A stretch of DNA of 64,000 nt from the human T2T-CHM13v2.0 reference genome, Homo sapiens, in assembly GCF_009914755.1 (NCBI RefSeq), contig NC_060926.1, one strand, 5' to 3'. Both the position numbers and the translations under genes were made by a program. The notes below the pieces were generated by a model. It ran no database searches, had not been told where the DNA came from, and was given only the letters and a program-made list of their open reading frames with translations. This document shows, piece after piece, positions 54,794 to 64,000 of this stretch (positions within the stretch are counted from its first letter, which is position 1; the number at the start of each line of letters is the position of its first letter).

Positions 54794-54902
54794 TGTAGAC
54801 AATTCCTGTGCAGAAACTGAGAGGCATCCTAAAGAGGAAACATCAAATAAGAAACAACAGCATGCTCATTTTTGTGTCAGAAAATTATTTTAAAGACTCT
54901 TA

Positions 54903-55332
<430 letters not shown>

Positions 55333-56264
55333 CTATGACCATATTGTCTCAAAAGATAATACATGGTAATAAAAAAATTAGTTCATTCACTCTTGAGATT
55401 TCAGTGTTATTTCCCTAACTCAGTGTATTATAGGAAAAGTCATTAATGAGGATCCTTATTTTAAAATTTGATTTGAGAGATTTTAGCAAGATGTATTTGC
55501 AATCTCCTTACTAAGCTCATTAATTCTAATAGCTTTTCTGCAGACTCCATCAGATTTTCTCCATAGAGAATCATGAGGTCTGGGAATAAAGAGGAGATGG
55601 TGCTACCAGAACCTGGGAGCTGGGCTCACCCGGCAGAAACTAAAGTCCATGCGGACTCCAGGAGATGGAAACAAAAGGAACAGCTGCCGCTGCTGCTGGA
55701 GATGCTGCCCAAGGCTCTCCTCAGCCTCCCACTAGACCCTCCCAGTGGCCAGGAGCCGCTGCCTGGGGCGTGGGAAACAGCCTGCAGAGCCTGCCACAGG
55801 ACGGGAGCCCACAAAGGGCAAAGTGGAGAAGGGAAGCAAAGAGGCCAAGAACCAGCATGGATATTAAGACATCAGGGCTGTAAGGGAGCAATTGCAAAGA
55901 CTGGGAAGGGCCACTGGTGGAGTGGAAGGGAGGCCAGCTGAAGGCAGATGAAGGAAACCTTTCAGGGATGCAGGGCGAGCCACAGTGAGGCTGAGCAGTG
56001 ACCACTGAATTCAGCAACACGCAGGTTGGTGGTGAGCAGAGGGGAAACCTGATTGGAATCTGCTAAGGAGACTGTGGGAGGAGAGAAACTGGAGCCAGAA
56101 GTACAGGAGCTTCTACTGAGGTTGTGCTGCAAAGTGCAAGAGCTGTAAGAATCAGCAAGGTTGGGAGAAGTTTGCCTGTGTTTAAATTAGGAGAAATCAT
56201 CCATGTGGAGGCCAGTGAGAATGGTCCAAGAGTCCTCCTCAAATCACTCAATACCTATGCATTG

Positions 56265-57425
56265 TGGTTAACCCTCAAACAACATGCAGGTTAAGAGCAC
56301 TCACCCCTTGCACAGTTGAAAATCCCAGTAAAACTTTTCACTCCCCCAAAACATAACTACTAACAGCCTAGTGTTTACTGGAAGCCTTACTGTTGGGAGA
56401 GACACAAGGTCAGACATAATCAGGTCCATGCCCATTTGTGTCTTTCCCCAAGGTCAGGCCTTTATTGATGCTATTTCAGTCATAAAAGCCACAGGCTGCA
56501 TGGAGTTCCCAAGGAGGCAATTCTCCGTACCACTTCGTTCCCTCAGGAGTCAGGGCTACAGGCTCACAGGCTCAAGCCACTCCACAGGTCAGTTGATATC
56601 GCAAACCATACCTAGTAGGATACTTAATCAATATATACATGTTATAGATTAAACATTCCACATCAAACAGAGCAACATTTAACATCAAGAGAAAAGGGGA
56701 TAGGAAAGCGGTTAATTAATCAGTCCAAGGACAGTGACATGGACAAGGAGAGGGTCCTGGGCAGATCTAGGTGCACAGCAGCGTCTTGTAAGGGAGAGCC
56801 CTCGATTTGGACAGAGCCCTCAGTGACAGATGCCAGATGCTGATCACGAGTGATAGCAGGATGGTATTTCATAAAACAGCGGTGTCCAGCTGGTGGACTC
56901 CTGCTGTTTTGTAGCCCTTGAGTCCTCTGGCGAGGACTGATTGATAATAAAGAGTGTGTCTGGCTATGCTCTGGCCATAGAGACAGTCAGGTGCTGTCTC
57001 TATTGATTAGGGGAACATCTGGTCCTGTTGTCATGATGCCTTTTGAAATGTAAGATGGAGTCTTTTTCTAAGATGGACTTACTTATGTCACAGGTGCTCT
57101 GTACACTTTACCAATAACATAAACAGTGCATTACCCATATTTTGTATGTTATATGTATTATGTACTATATTCTTACAATAAAGTAAGCTGGAGAATAGAA
57201 AATGTTATTAAGAAAATTATAAGAAAGTGAAAATATAGTTACTATTCCTTAAATAGAAGTGCATCATCACGAAGGTCTTCATCCTCATCATCTTCATGTT
57301 GAGTACACTGAGGGAAAGAGGAAGGAGGGATAGGTCTTGCTGTCTCAGGGGTGGCAGAGGTAAAAGAAAATCCATATATAAGTGGACCCATGCTATTCAA
57401 ACTCGTGTAGTTCAAGGGTCAATGG
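56265..57425. mobile_element. Tigger2a-like Tc1/mariner element interrupted by an LTR
   Basis: Terminal inverted repeats ggttaaccctcaaacaac / gtagttcaagggtcaatgg, then TA. Internal sequence gaagccttac resumes as ccaataacataaacag after the insertion. Confidence 0.75.
56391..57105 (-). mobile_element. ERV solo LTR (family not determined)
   Basis: TG...CA ends, TSD ccttac / ctttac, minus-strand AATAAA at 56461-66 near its 3' end, and two ccatctt motifs near its 5' end. Confidence 0.75.
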
Positions 57426-57820
57426 TATTGTGGACTCCCTGTTTCATGTGAGAGGAGGCCAACTCAAACTAAAGCAAAATAAGAGAAATGGGAACATAAC
57501 AAGGACATGGAGATACCTCATGGAGCCCTGAAACTAGAATGCGGCAAGGATGCAGGAGAAGCTGAAACCAGAGATGGAAATGGCCTTGGGACACCCTCTC
57601 CAATTCATGGCTTTATTTCCATCTTCTCATCCACTGATTCTTTACTCTCATGATAGATGGTTCTATCTTCACTGGCAGAACTTGTGAGCTCTTTGCAAGG
57701 TGGCCCAAGAGGCATCACGCCCCGCTCTCCAGCCACTCTTGGAGGCCCTTACAGGACCAGGCATCCTGAGAGCTGGACGCCTGAGAGCTCCACGCCTGAG
57801 AGCTCCTGAGATTCTTTTTA

Positions 57821-58130
<310 letters not shown>

Positions 58131-60534
58131 CTGAGATTATTTTTACCACTTCCGCCACTAGGAGAAGAGCTGTTCTCAACCATCTTGATTTCCAGCCCAC
58201 AGATTCGAGAGAAAATCTGATGGGCTGAGCTTAGGGAGTTACTTATTCGTAGCACAAACAACTGCGGCCATAAGAAGTGGTGTTTCAGTTTACAGAGCAG
58301 TAACTGTGTCAAAGGGTGGTAAAGAGAAAAGGCATTTCGCAGAAAATTAGGAACTGTGCAGAGTAAATATTCAATACAAAATAGTAATAGGATTGGAATT
58401 TGTCAGCAGGTAGCTGGTTCCCAGTGGGTTTCCAGCCAATAGAAATGGGCTCCCAGAGCCCTGGGTGATTGAGCAAACTACAGAAATTTAAAAATCAATA
58501 TATGCAAGGGCCAAGTTGCTGCTTGGGAAACTGACAAATCTGAGGGCCAGATCATTCAGTGTCACTTCCAACACACTTCTGGTTTTTCCCAGACTGCAGA
58601 GGCTGAGCAGGTGAAAAATCTCATTCCTTAGAGTCATCAGAAACTAAAGTTCTAGACATCATCTAGGGCCCTCTTCCTGGTGCAAATGGGAGAGATTTAA
58701 TTTGCAAGCAGTCAGGTGGCCAGAAAGGCAGGGCTGAGATGTCTGCTCACTTGTGTGGGGAGAGCAGAGGTGGGTGGTTCTGAAGCCAGCGGATGTGGGG
58801 GCTGTTTGCTGATTCTGCAGGCAGCTTCCTGGTTGGAAATGTGGCCAGGTTCTGCTAGATAGCTTTGAGAGTAGCTCTAGGGGCTCCCCCTAAGGTCTAT
58901 TTATTCAGCTTTTCCAAGGATTTCATAAGCCATTTAGTAGCCTGTGATACATCCCTTTCTGCTTAAACTAGGTCAAGTATATTCTGTGAAAATGAACTGG
59001 ATGAATTCAGGTGCAATGTAGGGAACATCTCTTAGAAAACTAAGGCAGGAGCCTTGGTGTCTGAACTGTGGCAGAGCCAGTGAGGCCTAACCATAGGGGT
59101 GATGGAACACTGACAGCAGTGTGTCTCCTTGCCTCAAGTCTGGCTGGATCCTAGGATCTAGGGCAAGGGCTGGCCTGAATACAGCAGCCCAATGGCCCCA
59201 ACAATTGGACAATGAGGGAAGCGATGAGTAGGAAGTCATCAGGGCCTCCTATATGCTATGTGTGAACAGCAGATCTATATTATCAGGCCTGGCAGGAATC
59301 CAACCCCTCCACTTTGCAAAGAGGAAAGTAGATGATACATGACATATTTAGAATTATGGGGGCTCCCACATCTTAAACATTGCAAATAGCTCCTGGTATG
59401 TGTAGGGTGCTTCATAAATTGTGCATAAAATGGTGAGGCAAAGGAACCCAGGAAGGGTTTATTGACTTGAATATATTTTATTCATAACTGTAGACTCCCC
59501 ATCACTCACTCTCCTTCAAGCACATATCCATTGAGCCATCATTGAACATGAGGATTACAGCGAGGCATCCCAGAAGCAGCAGTTACTATGATTGTAACCT
59601 GGGGAGAGCAGCAGCCGAGGAATCTTACAAAAGGGTTGTGGCCATTTTCCCATGAGTGAAACAAACATAAAAGCAGTCTCCCAAGGACCACATTTATCAC
59701 TGATCGATGGAGTGCTTTGCCAATTTAGGCAGTAGGAGGTTGTTTAATTATAACAGAGCAGTGTTGCGGATTACATCAAACATTTGTTTTACATCTGAGA
59801 ACCCTGGAAATGAAAATTAATAGATTGATGCAGGATCACCCTTGCTTGCCGGGGACCAATGATTCTGAGTAGGTCGGTGATTAGTCATTTTCCTTTGAGT
59901 TCATTTCTATGATGAAAAGTAAAAAAAAAAAAAAAAAAAAGGGATTTCAAGAAGGAAACTTTTGTATGGAAATCTGGCAAGTTTTCATAAGAACTCAATT
60001 GTTCTTTTGTTTTCTGACCTGTGATATGAGGTCGTGAGCCCGAACTGGGTCTCAGCTGCCATTCATAAGACACCAGCCCTGCTCAGGCAGGCAGACGTGA
60101 AGTCCTGCGGTGGCTGTGCCCTTGGGACTGGACGGCAAGAAGTTCCACAGTGTCCAATGGAGAGTGGGAAGGCAGGTCCTCTGAAGGGCAAGGGTATTGT
60201 CAGCGTCAGGAGAAGGAGGGAATTCCAAAGGAAAAGGGTGGATTCTGTAGGCAGCTGGCAGACATCGTCCACAACTAGTCGGGGCGGACTTTAGTTGTCA
60301 TGAAGATTCAAACAAATGAAAAGGCATAATTAATTCAACCAAATGAGGCCAGAGCTTTTTATTTTTAAATTCTAAGCCCACTGATTTCCTTTACATGTGC
60401 AGACCCAGTAGAAGCAGACATTGCCACACAGTGAGGCTGCTCTGTGTAATAAATGATGGTTAAGTGAGGATGGAACCAAAAGGCTGAGCATAGAGGAAGA
60501 ATATGCCCGAGATGTCAAGACCTACCTCCTATAG

Positions 60535-60999
<465 letters not shown>

Positions 61000-61313
61000 T
61001 AACAGCAGCCAATGTTAGCAAGATGGAGTGGAGCAAATGAGTTTTCTGGCCCTCTTCCAGCCATGCCTCAGCCCCAGCTTCCTGGCAGCTTCCTGCAGCC
61101 TGGCCAAAGGCAGCCTTTCTTCCAGAACCCCCACCTTCTTGGAGGTTTGAAGCTTGGATATAAAACAATATAAATGATTATTGAATAAGGTCCTTCATCC
61201 AACACTTCACAAATCTTAGAGCTGTCTGTTGGAAATTGATTATATTTGTTCCCCAGAGTTAAATGAATTAGGCATTGATATAAGGCTCTCTCTCTTACTC
61301 TCAGTACATACAT

Positions 61314-61366
<53 letters not shown>
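61314..61366. repeat. (TA)8(TG)18 compound microsatellite
   Basis: Direct reading of the sequence. Confidence 0.95.
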
Positions 61367-61368
<2 letters not shown>

Positions 61369-62220
61369 TTTGAGATCTTCTATGATCATATAAATCAGAG
61401 GGCAATTAAGTTCTTCTGCAGTCTGGAGGGCAGAATATCAAAACTAGGCAGAGAAAAATAGTCTCACCTGGTTGAGTATCAGCAAATTCCTCTTTTGTGG
61501 TTAAATCGAGGGCCATTTTGCCAAATGCCAGTGACCAAAATGCCAGAAACTAGAAGCTACTGAGACTTCTCTGGAGCTTCAGTAGTGTCTGCCTTGTAAC
61601 TTGGACCATTTCTTCTAGAGAGGGAGAGGACCTGGGAGGTGGTGTGGGGACAAGGGAGGGAGAGGACCTTGAGGGACAAGGTCAGGGCAGAGGAGGGAGA
61701 GGACCTTTAGTAGAAGTGCAAAAATAAGAGTCGCTTTCAATGTATCTTCGCTGCAGGTGCTCAAAAAAGGCAGAAGGAGCTTGTCCTCAACAACTTTAGA
61801 AGTCATACAAAGTGTTTTGCTCTCAGGGAGTCACAATATTTATTAATATACACATGCTCTGAGCATTCCTGCAACAAAGAAATCTGACTTGGGTCAGCCC
61901 AGCGTGTTACAAGCTGGCCAACACCATTTTGCAGTTTACACCATAGAGTACACTGAGGAATGCCCTCCTGGAAAACAAAACTTGCTGTGGGGCCTCTGTC
62001 TGGGGAGGAGGGGGTCCGTGATGCAGAACCTCTCCAGGCAGTTTCAGGAGTCCGTTTGTGAGGGGCCACTATGGGAGGCATATTTTGACTACGGTAGTTG
62101 CATGGTCTCTGACTCTGAAGACCCAAGAGGGCCTGAGGGTAGAGAGTAGAGAGACCAGAAAAGAAGATACTGGACTCTCTTTAGGGTCCTCCCAAGCGTA
62201 TTGGATTAAGAAAAAGTGTG

Positions 62221-63075
<855 letters not shown>

Positions 63076-63578
63076 GAATATATCTCAGGGCTCTGAATCC
63101 ACAAAGTGACCTTGAGGCAGAACTGTAGGTGTGTAGGGAGGCTTCCAAGATCCCGTGCTAGGACCTCACCTGAGGTAATTACAGGGATCCTCATCTCTGG
63201 GGAGGGAGACTTGCTGGGTAAAGAAGGAGCCACAGGCCAAGAGACCCACCTATCTGCTAAATTGCAGGGAGGGGAGAAAAAAGAACCTGGTTACTTCCTC
63301 AGGTGATAAAGCTGGCCCCACGCCCCACTTCATTGTTTAGACTTCTTCCCAAAGGAAAAAACCCCCTCTGTCCCATGAGTATGTGGCAAAAAAAGTGGAC
63401 CTTGGTTTTTCTCCTTCTGAAAGAGGAAAAAGGAAAAGGCCACATGGCCAAGCTGGCCAGCATCTGGTTCTGCCCACCTCCTTCCCATTGCCCATTGGGC
63501 TTGAGTTGGGCTCCGGGTGGTGGCAGATGTCCCCCCCAGTGGTGGCTGCTGTCCTCATGGACCTAGGCAACCTACTGA

Positions 63579-63892
<314 letters not shown>

Positions 63893-64000
63893 AGGAAGTG
63901 TGTGCTTTAAAAAGCTTCTGTTCTCTGAAGTTCCATGGGAATGACACTGAAAAGCAAAGCCAAGTTCACCAACCCTTAAAAAAAATAACAAAGCTGCAAG

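Noticed and set aside
61620-61706. CRISPR array interpretation
   Set aside because: Primate DNA, only three 14-bp non-palindromic repeats, partly related spacers, and no cas genes.

Overview
Primate (very likely human) genomic DNA. It contains the 3' half of NCK2 (SH3-SH3-SH3-SH2 adaptor) on the + strand. A 722-bp internal coding exon (12639-13360) encodes SH3-2, SH3-3 and the start of SH2. The terminal exon (CDS 24284-24478, 3'UTR to about 25580) encodes the rest of SH2. Bases 1-12638 are the preceding intron, and the start codon/SH3-1 exon lies upstream of the window. The remaining ~38 kb has no credible gene and is dense in repeats: many Alus, a 5.4-kb internally deleted old L1PA, MaLR/ERVL/ERV1 solo LTRs, hAT and Tigger DNA transposons, MIR/L2 and microsatellites, with several nested insertions. 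Almost all other ORFs in the track are Alu, L1 or GC-content artefacts. I see no convincing wholly novel system. The best testable leads are at NCK2: a UGA-CGG stop followed by 138 open in-frame codons, a near-full-circle ORF if the 722-nt exon is back-spliced, and an inverted-Alu cluster just before the last splice acceptor. Repeat family names come from recalled consensus sequences, not from a search, and repeat boundaries are approximate unless TSDs are given.
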